From positions 153,388,001-153,452,000 of the forward strand of contig NC_042999.1 of the NCBI RefSeq assembly GCF_006345805.1: a stretch of DNA of 64,000 nt, read 5' to 3'. The position numbers were made by a program, and so were the translations under genes. How positions within the stretch are numbered: position 1 is the stretch's first letter; every line of letters starts with the position of its first letter. Source of the stretch: Octopus sinensis. Taxonomy: Eukaryota. Positions 13,415-26,951 of this stretch are shown here, piece by piece. The notes beneath the pieces are model-generated. The model did no database searches and was not told the origin of the DNA. It saw only the letters and a list, made by a program, of their open reading frames with translations.

Positions 13415-14109
13415 GCATATGTTTATACACACACACACACACACACACACATATAAAGCAATATGTGTGTGTGAATGTACGCCTGTGTGTTTTTGTCCCC
13501 CACTGTCGCTTACAACCGGTGTTTACACCAAAAGAAACCAGCAGAATATGTACTCGTGTTTAGAAAAAACGTACAAGGGTCGATTCGTTCGGCTAAAGAT
13601 TCTTCAAGGCGGTGCCCCAGCCTGGCCGTAGTCTAATGACTGAAACAATTTAAAGGTTAAAGGACAAGCGATTGTTAATACATTCATATTACCAGAACGA
13701 AACTAGTTTTTGACGTGTGGCAGTTCGTTATTTTAAAATCGAACCCGGATGAATTTCGAACTCGAATCTCAGAGCTCAAAGCTTAAATGAACTCCTTCAG
13801 ATTTTGTTCGACGCCCCAGCGAATCTGCTCCAGCAATCCAATCCACAACACATTTCTTCTCATCTTTTTTTTTTTCCATCCACTTTACACCCCTCCTCCA
13901 CCTCCTGCCCCTTCTTATTTTTCCTCCTCCTCCCCTACAAGCTGTCCATCTCTTACTTCTTACTCTTCCTTCTCCTTTCTGACCTGTCACATCCACTCTT
14001 TGGCCCCGCCTCCCTCCCACCCACCAGAACTAGTAATCAGCCATCAATTGTAATGTCTTCCACCTTTCCTTCCCTCTTTCCCCCATCCATCCATCCATCC
14101 ATCCATCCT

Positions 14110-14143
<34 letters not shown>

Positions 14144-15239
14144 TCTCTTCAACGAAGTCCAAATAGTGATTATAAATCCATTTATCACTCACCCTCCAGG
14201 CGACATAACCAAACAGCTATTCGCCCCAACCCATCCCACCCACACTTCATGCTTTCAGAAAAAAAAAACAACAAAAGCTAAAAAAAAAACAAGCAAATCA
14301 AATATTAGGCAACGATGTAAAAGAGAAAAAAATGTAATATTTGTACAGCTTAGAGAAGGATTGGTAGATTAATTTAATTACATACATACACACATACACA
14401 TACACACATACATACACACATACATAATGCAAACATACATACATACATGCATTCATATATGCATACATACATGCATACATAGATACATACATACATGCAT
14501 ACATACATACATGCATATATACACATGCATACATACATGCATTCATACATGCATTCATGCATGCATACATGCATAATACATGGATACATACATATGCACA
14601 CACACATACATGCATACATACATGCATGCATGCATACATACACGCATGCATAAATGCATACACACACATACATACATACACACACATACATACTTATATA
14701 CATGCATACATACACACATACATGCATGCGTGCATACGTACATACATGCATACATTCATACATGCATACATGCATACATACATACATACATACATACATA
14801 CATACATACATACATACATGCGTACATACATACAAACACATACATGCATGCATACATACACAAACATGCATACATACGTATGTATATTAATGTGTATAAG
14901 TATATATGTATACATGTATAGGCGCAGACGTGGCCGCGAGGATAAGAGGTTAACTTCCCAACCACGTGGTTCCGGGTTCAGTCCCACTGCCTGACACCTT
15001 GGGCAAGTGTCTTCTACTATAGCTTCTGCCCGACCAAAGCCCTACGAATGGATTTGGTAGACGGAAACTGGAAGAAGCCCGTCATATATATATATTCCTA
15101 TAAAATTAGTGTACATTTAAACACAAAAGAAATTACCCTAACAGGACATCGTACATGCTAGAAGGAAGAGTCAAAATCCAAACCACGGTTTAGAGCAATT
15201 TCGAAGGAAATGAAAAATAAAAACATTTACAATATTTAC

Positions 15240-15312
15240 CTCCCGGACCTAGATTTCGAACTTTAATTAACAAATAAAACAATTTGTTAGGCTAAGTTCT
15301 CATCAGCGGGAA
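15240..15312 (-). ncRNA. Minimal type I hammerhead ribozyme with extended stem II
   Basis: Minus strand: UUCCCG-CUGAUGA-GAACUU..UAACAAAU(UGUUUU)AUUUGUUA..AAGUUC-GAAA-UCUAGG-UC/CGGGAG; core boxes intact, stems I and II pair, short near-palindromic stem III. Confidence 0.8.
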
Positions 15313-15402
15313 CGCCAAAAATTAACATACAATTATGAGACAAAATATCACTTAAAGCCTTGTGAGTGGATTTGGTAGACGGAAACTGAAAGAAGCCCGT
15401 CG

Positions 15403-15473
<71 letters not shown>

Positions 15474-16991
15474 TGTAAGTTTGTTTGTGTGTATGTGTGT
15501 GTGCGTCTGTGTTTCCCAACCCCCCACCATCGCTTGACAACTGATGTTGGTGTATTTACGTCCCCGTAACGTAGCGGTTCGGCAAAAAAGACTGATACAG
15601 TAAGTACAAGGCTTACAAAGAATAAGACCTGGGGTCGATTTGTTCGGCTAAAGGCGGTGCTCCAGCATGGAACCATGTGGTTGGGAAGCAAACTACTTGC
15701 CAAACACCCGCACCTACGCCTATGTTCATATTCTTTGCCTTCTGTTTTGAATTTGTCACCAACTGCTGATCGTAAAATATCTGTAGCGACCAAAGAGAAA
15801 TCAAACCAGAACGTGAATGGAATGCAACTAACTTACAAAGAATCCGTAACAAAGAGAACATCAATTATACACAAGATTGATCTGTTATTGAACATTTAAT
15901 ACTATGAAGTCCAGGAGACACTGAAAAATGAATGCGGAAAGGATATATTCCTTTGTCCAAAAATATTTCCAACAGATAACGAGCGATAATGTCTTCTAGT
16001 TGGCATCCTTAAACTCAAGAATCACAACAGTGAAATACCTGAGACATTGGCAAGAAGCAATCTATATTTTGTTTAAGCTATCAACTCATTTGGGGAAGAT
16101 GAACGCTCCAGACATCAGCGTCTTGTGTCCTAGAATTCATTGACACGATAAGCCATTTCCATGGTATGCAAGTGACCGAGATCACAGCATTCCTCTCGAC
16201 CCCAGTACGTAACTGGTACTTAATTTATCGACCCCGAAAGGATGAAAGGCTAAGTCGACCTCGACGGAATTTGAACTGAGAACATAAAGACAGACGAAAT
16301 ATCGTTAAGCATTTCGCCCGGTGTGCTAACGTTTCTGCCAGCTCACCGCTCTTAATAATAATAATAATAATCGTTTCTACTATAGGCACAAAGCCTGAAA
16401 TTTTGGGGGAAGAGGCAAGTCGATTACATGGACCCCAGTGCAAAAGTGGTGCGTATTTTATCGACCCCGAAAAGATGAAAGTCAAAGTCGACCTCAGCGG
16501 AATTTGAACTCAGAACGACAAGGCGGACGAAATGCCTCAAAGCATTTCACCCGGCGTGCTAACGATTCTGCCAGCCCACTGCCTTAAAAGTGAGGCTAAT
16601 AAGGTATCAGTTATGACAACAGAAAAAGGGTGGTCTATCACAGAAAAAAAAAGGAAAAACTTGCAATAAAATCTCTCAGCAGGAATGTAATAATCGACAT
16701 AACTTCGAATTACGTACCACGGAGAGATCTTGAAGAAGGAATTCTTTCAAACAAATGTACAGGACATTTTCTGCATAAGCAAAATTATTAAAGAGGAGAC
16801 TAACTGAACTGACAAACTTTGTGTCCTGGGTAGGACTTTAAACTACATCCAGTGGTGAATCTCAAGTGCGGGAGTTCCAGGGATTTTGAAGAAAGTGGAA
16901 TCACCTGATTGCTTACTCAAACCCGGAGTAGTGATGCCTACTTCAAATCCAGGCTACGCCAGCTCTGATAATCGGCGGTAATTTGGTCAGC

Positions 16992-17225
16992 AAAGGCGGC
17001 GAGCTGGCAGAAACGTTAGCACGCCGGGTGAAATGCTTTGCGGTATTTCGTCTGCCGTTACGTTCGGAGTTCAAATTCCACCGAGGTCGACTTTGCCTTT
17101 CATCCTTTCGGGGTCGATTAAATAAGTACCCGTTACACACCGGGGTCGATATAATCGACTTAATCCGTTTGTCTGTCATTGTTTGTCCTCTCTGTGATTA
17201 GCCCCTTGTGGGTAGTAAAGAAATA
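16992..17225 (+). mobile_element. SINE family B with 15-bp TSD
   Basis: TSD GGTAATTTGGTCAGC (16977-16991) / GGTAATTTGGTTAGC (17226-17240). Confidence 0.9.
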
Positions 17226-18298
17226 GGTAATTTGGTTAGCGAATCCTCTGCGACGGTCGACAATCGACAGCAAGACGAGCTGTTACGGACCACACTATTC
17301 CATAGTGTATATGCATGTGATCGGGGACAACATGTGAATTTGTATTCCAGCAGACACTCCAAACATGAACTCTACTCCTCAGCAACGAATAACAGCTACG
17401 GTTACCACGTCCACGCTATCCAATGTGCTTGCTCTCCCTGTTGGATATATGTCAAATTTACAAGATGGATTTTAGGCTGCAGGTACAAGCATTATTTTAA
17501 CCGCTGGAATATTAGGGCCGATCGTCAGCTGTTGTTAGCATCCGTTAGAGACATGGTGAACTTATTGCTCGGAGCCGGCTCAACCCATCCCGAATAATTC
17601 CGCTTCAAGTACAAGTATTAATTTTCCAGTGAAAGGGAATTAGCACTGTGTTGTACCTTTTATCTGATCAGCAAGGTTCACTTAGGTAACACCGTTCGCC
17701 TGGTTTGGCTTTTGTCTCAGTGGGAACCCGTCGTTGAAATCTATGTTAGGAAAGTCAAAGAAAAGTAAGAAAAAAAGGGAAAAAAGGTTAGTCACATTAT
17801 TTATCTCTTGATAAATTAAATTCTCTCTTCCTCTTCGCTTCGTTTTGAGACACGTTCTGAAAGATCAAAAGCAAAATACCGCTGTTCAATAATAATTGAT
17901 ACGACCCCTGATTCCACATATATGTCGAACAGACAACATATATCAAATGTTGCCTTCAAATTATAGATTGTGAATTTAAAATTCAAAAAGAATTCTGTCT
18001 TTTGAAAACAGTTTTCGTAAAACAAGCTGTGAGATTGCAAGCCCGATAAAAGGAACATTGAGTAAAAATATCTTTGAATCGAAGATTTCAGGGGTCACGG
18101 ATACGACGATGGGGGCCAATAAAACAGTCAATTACAAGGGAACACAAAGGATATTACTTACCAAAAGAAAAACTCCCTATGTGGATGTTATTTATTGAAT
18201 TTATGGTACAGATTCAGCAGAGACATTTTTGAGGTATTATTGAAAATGTCTTGGCTCACTTTTCTTACAATCAAAAAGATGACAAATTCATCTCTTTT

Positions 18299-18332
<34 letters not shown>

Positions 18333-18470
18333 TTCCTTCCTTCCTTTCTTTCTTCTTTCTGTCTTTCTTTCTTTCTTTCTTCCTTTCTTCCTTTCCTTAT
18401 TTCTTTCTTTCTTTTCTTTCTTTCTTCCTTTCTTTCTTTCTTTCTTTCTTCCTTCCTTCCTTTCTTTCTG

Positions 18471-18504
<34 letters not shown>

Positions 18505-18606
18505 TTTCTTCCTTTCCTTATTTCTTTGTTTCTTTGTTTGTTTGTTTCTTTCCTTTTCTCTCTCTCTCAAACACACACACACTCACACACACACGCACTC
18601 ACGCAC

Positions 18607-18661
<55 letters not shown>

Positions 18662-19951
18662 AATCATTGCATCGTATGTCAAATATGGCCAGTCTGAATC
18701 GATGGCTCGAAATCATTTGTATCGAAAGTCAACTTACGACACCAAAGAAACGAAGTCAAGTTACTGGAACCGTTAAAGGTGTTGTCTCTCGTTTCAGTTG
18801 CATTTTCATGTTGTCCATTTGATCAACAATTCTTTCTATTAACATCTGCGATATGAAATTACAAACAACAGTTGCCACAGTATTGCCGTTGTGTTGCAAC
18901 TGTATTGCTACTGTGTTTCCATTGTACTACCACTGTTTTGCTACTCAGTACAGTTACTAGTGTGTGACCACTGTGTTTCCACTGCGTTGCTATTGTGGAT
19001 ATTGAAGTGGACTACATTGAAATGTTCATAAAATATCTGTAGAAACTACGGGAGAAGCTTCACACTGCTGACAGAAGCAAACCCTACCGCTCGCAGCCTG
19101 CATCTTGAAATGAAAGTAAAACAGTCCTGTCATGAGACTTAGGATTCATAAGCCTAGAGAATAACCTGGCTTTCGTGGCATATAAGGGATTGAGTTTACA
19201 ACACTCCTACAATTGAACGGTTTGCCGGTTCGCTGGACCGTCGGAGGATTAATTTCATAGCTTTTGCTGGAACTCATTTGATAGCTGAATGGATTGGAGC
19301 AATGTGAAATGAAGTGTTTTGCTCAAGGACAGAAACTGAAACCGGTACGGAAATTGAAACCAAGTGACACTGGGGCAAAACATACGAAGTCCAGTATACA
19401 CATCATGACTACCCAAATGATAAGGGTACACCAGGCAATGCATCACAAGCATATATACACGACATGGCGATCTCATATCAAGATAAAAAGCACATGACCT
19501 TACAGGAACCCAGTTAAAATTTTCTTCAGGTCGAGTAGTCCGTCCCACTCAAAAGGTTCCCGAATAAGTGCTGTTTGAGGATGATGAGCAAAACACCCAT
19601 GTTTCCAGAGGTGAATTATCCAAATCCCAGAGAATTCCCCTCAATACATGTTTATGATTCCCCCGCACTATTTCTGCTCGTGGTCAGAGATGCACTTCGG
19701 GACATGCTCAACTGGTTAATGTCAAACAACTGAGAAGCAAATCTGTGGTACTGAGCAGAATATTTGCTGTAGCCCATCTTTTATACCAAGACAAAACAAT
19801 GTACATGATAACCCCTCCAATCAGTTTAGATGAGGAGCCATGAGAGTCACTGCCCAGCACTGCATCAGGGCATTTATTATTATTATTATTATTTGGATGG
19901 TGGGATTCATCAAATGACCCTTGAAGATTTCGTACTTCAAGATGGAGGTAT

Positions 19952-20183
19952 CTCTTTTACTTGTTTCAGTCATTTGATTGCTGCCATGCTGGAGCACCGC
20001 CTTTAGTCGAGCAAATCGACCCTAGTACTTATTCTTTGTGAGCCTAGTACTTATTCTATCGGTCTCTTTTTGTCGAACCGCTAAGTTACGGGGGCGTAAA
20101 CACACCAGCATCGGTTGTCGAGCGATGTTGGGGTGGGGGGGGATATATAAACACAGACACACAAACATATACACAACACATAC

Positions 20184-20256
<73 letters not shown>

Positions 20257-20428
20257 ACATATATACGACGGGCTTCTTTCAGTTTCCGTCTACCAAATCC
20301 ACTCACAAGGCTTTAGTCGGCCCGAGGCTATAGTAGAAGACACTTGCCAAGGTGCCACGCAGTGGGACTGAACCCGGAACCACGTGGTTGGTAAGCAAGC
20401 TACTTACCACACAGCCACTCCTACGCCT
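19952..20428 (-). mobile_element. SINE family A, full length
   Basis: Same head, internal (TA)n and tail as 5304-5737. Confidence 0.9.
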
Positions 20429-20720
20429 ATCATCATCATCGTTTAGTTTAGTCTGTCGTATATTTCATATATTTGCTTTCCTTATTCTTGTTATGCCTTA
20501 TACCATGTACTCTTTTTTGCTAAATAATTCCGTTCTATTTAAATCCCAGCAGTCGGTGTCCACCTTTGTAATAACCGCCTCATGCCTCACCCTTGAAGCA
20601 AATAAAATAAATCGTTGTTGTTAAATAATGGTGATGTTCTTGACTGTTATATGGGAATGTAAATATGTATGCAAATTGCTTTTGTTACATTTTATTCTGT
20701 GATCTGAATACTTTTATTTT

Positions 20721-20958
20721 AATAAATGATGCTTACTACAAGTTATGGATGATTCATTTATGACTTCATTGCTTTCAGGTTTAGCTTAAGGTATTTTCGC
20801 GCCCGACATCACAAAATGCGTCTGAATAGACAGCAAATAGAGACTCGGACATTGCTTAGAAAATATTTTTCAATTTTAACCTCGTATATAGTACGCACTT
20901 GGGATTTTGACCTTTATATTTTAGGGGGAAAATGCGGATTATACTCGAAGATTTACAG
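20721..20958 (-). mobile_element. Truncated inverted copy of the pogo/Tigger-like MITE at 22117-22632
   Basis: Reverse complement of about 22117-22366; ends ATACTCGAAGATTTACAG + TA. Confidence 0.8.
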
Positions 20959-22116
20959 TATATCATAATAAAACCATTGACTTGTATGAGAGAGCGCTCT
21001 AACGGGGCAGTGTAAACAGAACGGAACAGGCCGTTGCAAATGGCGTCTGTCCGTTAAGTTTGCTGTGTTGTTATATTAATATAATCTTACTATTTATCCA
21101 ACTTCCCGAACGTACGTGCAAGTATCAGAAGAAAATACTGCACTGTAGAACAACAGTATTTATGCCAGTGCTTTACGTTCTTTTGATGCTACTCTATACC
21201 GCTGGAAGTTAAGGTTCAGATTTTATACGGGGTATATAAGACGAGCCCAAATTTGGGGCTGATCTTTTGAAAGTTCAAATTCGGTCTTGTACACCGATAT
21301 ATTTTTTCGGCAACTGATGCATTGAAATAAATAGGATAAAAACAAAACAGTATATGAGAAAATTCTTCACTCTCATTATAATATAAATAACTATAAAAGA
21401 AAATTTTCTGCTTAAGTAATAAATCATATTAGTATATTTACTTCAGACGTAGATAAAAAATTGAGAAATTATAAATTTCTAAAAAGAAAAAAATTCAAGG
21501 GAAATAACCCTGTACAAAAATACCAAAGTTGTTTCCCTTAGATATTTTGCCGATACTTTCTTTGGTTGGTGTGAAATTATAGCCTAATAGTTATGTATGT
21601 ATAATAGTTATGTATGTATAACATTTAGTAGTGTGTGTGTGTAAGTTACCTATGTAAAGGAAAATGAATCGAAATGCTTTTTAACTGAAAATCAAATCTA
21701 ACTGCTAAGCTCATTTTGTAGAAGCCCACGAGATGATTCACCGTTTTTAAACAAAAGCTATTTTGAATCCAATACTTGTACTACTTGTGGACGCGCTAAC
21801 AAAACTTTCAAAAAAGTAAAAAAGAATAGAATAGAAAAAAAGAAAGCTCTTATGACTTTTGGAAACATTTGTTCGTGCTCAGAACTGTGAAAGCATGAAA
21901 TAAACTATTTCATCAACACTACGTCTGATATATATATGCTCCTTAGGCGTTTACATTTCTCTGTTCATTTCTTTTTTTTTCGTTGTTATATTGTGTGTAC
22001 TGCGCATGTTCTTTGAACTTCCCTTTCCATTGCACCAAGAGCATATAACTTGACGGGGTTCTAGCAGGGTCACTGTTAGTGTTGGTAACATGTAAGCTAC
22101 TGCAATCCGTCGCATA

Positions 22117-22632
22117 CCGTAAATCCTCGAGCATAATCCTCATTTTTTCCCCAAAATATAAAGGTCAAAATCCCTAGTGCGTACTATATACGAGGTTAAA
22201 AATGAAAAATATTTTCTGAGCAATGTCCGAGTCTCTATTTGCTGTCCGGCAATGTTTAATCAGACGCATTTTGTGATGTCGGGCGCGAAAATACCTTAAA
22301 CTAAGCCTGAAAGCAATGAAGTCACAAAAGAATCATCCATAACTTGCAGTAAGCAACATTTATTAAACGTTATTACTGTTATTTCTTTATTTTATGCAAA
22401 CAAAATGCACGAAAAAGCTACACATTTGTTTTATATTATATATACAATAATAATAATAAAGGACGTTACCGTATACATTTTTACAAACCAAGGATGTTAT
22501 ATAGACCTTCTTGACTCAAGTTAGAGAAGGGGTGCGTATTATACACAAGGTTTAGGTTTTTCAGAGGTACAGCCCCCTAAAAAATCCCCTGCGTATTATA
22601 CTCAAGGGCGGGCTATACTCGAGGATTTAAGG
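22117..22632 (+). mobile_element. pogo/Tigger-like MITE
   Basis: TA-flanked TIRs CCGTAAATCCTCGAGCATA / TATACTCGAGGATTTAAGG with subterminal GCGTATTATA repeats. Confidence 0.8.
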
Positions 22633-24329
22633 TAGTTGGTTGGCGACATATGAATATATGTGTGTGTGTGTATATATATATATATTCTTTCTTTTATTTG
22701 TTTCAGTCATTTGACTGCGGCCATGCTGGAGCATCGCCTTTAGTCGAGCAAATCGACACCAGGACTTATTCTTTGTAAACCTAGTACCTATTCTATCGGT
22801 CTCTTTTACCGAACCGCTAAGTGACGGGGACGTAAACACACCAGCATCGGTTGTCAAGCGATGTTGGGTGGACAAACACATACACACAAATATATATATA
22901 TATATATATATATATGAATATATGCATGTGTATATATATATATGAATATACGTGAGTGTGTGTGTGTCTGAAGGAAGAAAAGAAGTGTATTCCCACGCAA
23001 GAATAAATACAGGAGAATTTGTTTTGGTGGTTTGAAAATGCACCTGAATCTCAAAGGGTTCAGTCGTTTTAAAATTTTGTAATAGACTTATTATAATGGT
23101 ATATAAAAAAAAAGTAAAATAAAAAAATAGTTTTGTAGAAGTTAACGTTACAAGGAATCATTCGGAAAAAAGATGCTTGGAAAATCAAATGCTCATACAA
23201 ATTCCAATGAGTGTCACAGAGATAAACTATATATATATATATATATACTTAGTTTTAGGGAAGTGTTTGACTCTTGGAATACACTTCAGGGGTCGAATAT
23301 TTGCTGTTTAAAAAAATACCTAAAACTTCACCAAAGCCAGTTAACTGACACACAATTCGTATCTGGTTACCTTTAAAAGAATTTCAAATCTGATACAAAA
23401 TTGTGTTTCAGAAAGAGTTATCTCCCTTGAATTCACATCTCTAAGCCTTTAATGCATCTTTTCAAGTCTAAACGGGAATAGTGGATTGGCAAAAACGTTA
23501 GAGCACCTGGCTAAATGCCTTGTGATGCTTTACATTGTGAGTTCAAATCTAACGGAGGTTAACTTCGCCTTCATCTTTCTTGAGTGAATAAGATAAAATA
23601 TCAGTCAAACACTAGAGATGATTTTTATCAAATAAATCCTTCCCACAAAATTACAGACTTTGTTTCTGTTAGAAACAATCATGTGACTGCGTCTATCAAT
23701 TCTTTTAGAAGAAGACGGTACTCTAGTTTGGACTGTGGCCAAGCTGGAATATTGTCTTCAAGAATTTATTCCTTTTAAAAAGATCAAGTTACTTTAAGTG
23801 TTCAATATTTATGTTGTAACAGTGACAGATTATTCTTTCTTCTCTAGACACAAGGCCTGAAATTTTGGGGGAGGGGGCCAGTAAATTACATCGACCCCGA
23901 AAGGATGAAAAGCAAAGTCGACCTCGGCGGAATTTGAACTCAGAACGTAAAGACAGACGAAATACCTATTTCTATTTCTTTACTACCCACAAGGGGCTAA
24001 ACACAGAGAGGACAAACAAGGACAGACAAACGGATTAAGTCGATTATATCGACCACAGGGCGTAACTGGTACTTAATTTATAGACCCCGAAAGGATGAAA
24101 GGCAAAGCCGACCTTGGCGGAATTTGAACTCAGAACGCAGCAGCAGACAAAATACCGCTAAGCACTTCGCCCGGCATGCTATCGATTCTGCCAGCTCGCT
24201 GCCTTGACAGAGATAGATTATAGAAATACTAAACAAAGAGTAATTGTGTGGTTAAGAAGTGTTCTTCCTGACTATATAGTTTCAGGTTCAGTCGCACAGT
24301 ATTGCACCTTGGGCAAGTATCTCTTTACT

Positions 24330-24930
24330 ATAGACAAATTTAAGACTGGATGTCCATGGGAAATCCTATATGTTGATGAACCAATTGTCATATCTAACTC
24401 TACAGGAGAATTAGAGAAGTATTAAGGTAAGCTTGGTGAAGGTGAAAGTTCTAGTAAGTAGGAAAGAAGACAGGAATCTTGTCCATACAGGGAAATACCT
24501 TTTTCAATTTACAGAAAAGGAGTGGGTATAAACTCCATACATTGTGCCCAATGTAAGCTTTGGGCATACAAGAGGTGTTGTGGAATCAAAGGTAGGCTGG
24601 TAGAAAACACATTTGGTTGATGCACTGTAGTAGTACGTACAATGAATGCATCAGAAAGAGATGTTGTTGAATGCTAGGATGATTCACAAAAAGTGGTCGA
24701 TAGCTTTTGTTATCCAGGAGATATGGAATATAGCTGCTCTGAAAGTATAGCAGCCAGAGTAAGATTGGATGTGCAATGCAAATTGTGAATGAATGATAAA
24801 TGTGCTGAGTGAAAAAAAAATAGTCATTGGAGAGATCAGATATGTGAAAGAAGATTGTAGCAGTATAGATGGACAGGTGTTGCATATGGGTAAGGACAAC
24901 TGTATTAACCTGGGCCTGTATCTAACTTTA
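24330..24930 (+). mobile_element. Decayed RTE-clade LINE reverse transcriptase fragment
   Basis: FKTGCPWEILYVDE (YADD-like box) then GINSIHCAQCKLWAYKRCCGIKGRL; an RTE-like C-terminus (KGRPRKIWNEVVKTD) occurs at about 26040-26095. Confidence 0.65.
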
Positions 24931-25237
24931 TCCTCCACCTCATGAACAAAAGAATATATAGTTGCATAGGCTCAGGAGTGGCTGTGGGGTAAGAAGCTTG
25001 CTTACCAACCACATGGGTCTGGGTTCAGTCCCACTGCATGGCACTTTGGGCAAGTGTCTTCTATTATAGCCTCAGGCTGACCAAAGCTTTGTGAGTGGAT
25101 TCGGTAAATGAAAACTTAAAGAAGCCTGTCATATGTATATATATATATATGTGTGTCCCGTCCAACCCATGCTAGCATGGAAAACGGATGCTAAACGATG
25201 ATGATGATGTGTGTGTGTGTGTGAATGTATATATATA

Positions 25238-25272
<35 letters not shown>

Positions 25273-26107
25273 GGATTGGCTGCATGGTAAGTAGCTTGCT
25301 TACCAACCACTTGGTTCTGGGTTCAGTCTCACTGCATGACACCTTGGGCAAGTGTCTTCTACTATAGCCTCGGGCCAACCAAAGCCTTGTGAGTAGACTT
25401 GATAGACGGAAACTGAAAGAAGCCCATATATATATATGTATGTATATGTTTGTGTGTCTGTGTTTGTCCCCCAGCAACATCGCTTGACAACTGATGCTGG
25501 TGTATTTATATTCCTGTAACTTTGCATTTTGGCAAAAAGAGACCGATAGAATAAGTACTAGACTTACAAAGAATAAGTTCTGGGATAGATTTGTTCAACT
25601 AAAGGTGGTGCTCCAGCATGGCTGCAGTGAAATGACTGAAAGAAGTAAAAGAGTATGTATGTGTTTGTCTTGCTACCATCACTTGACAACTGATGTTGAT
25701 GTGTTTACATCCCTGTAACTTAACAGTTCAGCAAAAGAGATTGATAGAATAAGTACTATGCTTACAAAGAATAACTCCTGGGGTCGATTTGTTCAACTGA
25801 AAGCGATGCTCCAGCATGGCGACAGTCAAATGACTGAAACAAGAAAGACTATACAACTCAGGAGTAATGATTGCAAGCAAACTAATGGACAGAATCGGTG
25901 GCATTTTCTTTTACAGAGTGTGTTGTTCATTACCACTTAGCTGAAAATCCAGCAGAGATGATGCTTAAGCTATTTCCGCTATAGCAGGAATGTGGTATGA
26001 CAGAGTTAAGAAGTACCAATCACTTAATGCGGATAGAACTTATAGAAAAGGAAGACCCAGGAAGATTTGGAATGAGGTGGTGAAGACTGATTTTAGTACC
26101 CCGAGCT

Positions 26108-26397
26108 TCATCATCATCATTTAATGTCCGCTTTCCATGCTAGCATGGGTTGGACGATTTGACTGAGGACTGGCAAACCAGATGGCTGCGCCAGGCTCCA
26201 ATCTGATCTGGCAGAGTTTCTACAGCTGGATGCCCTTCCTAACTCTGAGAGTGTAGTGGGTGCTTTTACGTGCCACCGGCACAAGGGCTAGTCAGGCGGT
26301 ACTGGCAATGGCCATGCTCAAATAGTGCTTTTTATTTGAGCGTGGCCATTGCCAGTACCGCCTGACTGGCCCTTGTGCCGGTGGCACATAAAAGCAC
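26108..26397 (-). mobile_element. RTE-tail retroposon (family D) ending in a foldback hairpin
   Basis: (CAT)n tail plus GTCCGCTTTCCATGCTAGCATGGGTTGGACG, shared with 31880-32125, 40230-40400 and 43880-44290; 26260-26397 is self-complementary. Confidence 0.75.
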
Positions 26398-26661
26398 ATA
26401 GACATTAAATGATGAGGAGGAGGATAGATATGTGTGTATGTGTGCGTACATCAGTCCTTTTCTCTTGACATTGCGTGAAGGTTGTTAACGAGTGTCACTG
26501 TCATGCAAGTGGTGTCATTTATTTCCAGCCTTCTACGAAAACAGGTTAGTCAATGGGGGAATTATTATATTAGTTTGGCAGCAGAAAGGGCATCCAGGTG
26601 TAGAAAATCTGCCCTGACAAATTACACCTGACCAATGGAAGCAAGGAAAAGTGGTCATTAA

Positions 26662-26873
26662 CCCTTTTGTTACCAACCCGGCTGAAACCACCTCTGGCTC
26701 TGAGTACAAATGTCTTGTTTTCATAAGTTTTGAATTAAAATCTTCCACCAAACCTTAGTTACACTCTATGTTCTTAACACCAGCTTAATGATAACGAAGT
26801 TATTTTACAAAATTCTTTGTTAATAATTGAGAGAAACACAGAGCATCCCAAAATAAATACAGTAATGAAAGGG
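26662..26873. mobile_element. piggyBac-like MITE in the putative MRPS34 3' UTR
   Basis: TTAA-CCCTTT...AAAGGG-TTAA; same family as 46698-46914 and 46946-47146 (opposite orientation). Confidence 0.8.
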
Positions 26874-26951
26874 TTAAATGAAAATGAAGACAACAACTTA
26901 CTCAAAAGAAACAATCAAAATTTATATACAAAATGCTATAACAGAAATTCT

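Noticed and set aside
16820-17700. Possible coding exons (ORF 17208-17597; similarity of 16826-16915 to 32392-32470)
   Set aside because: Two diverged copies, stops and SINE interruptions point to an old repeat that I cannot classify by eye.
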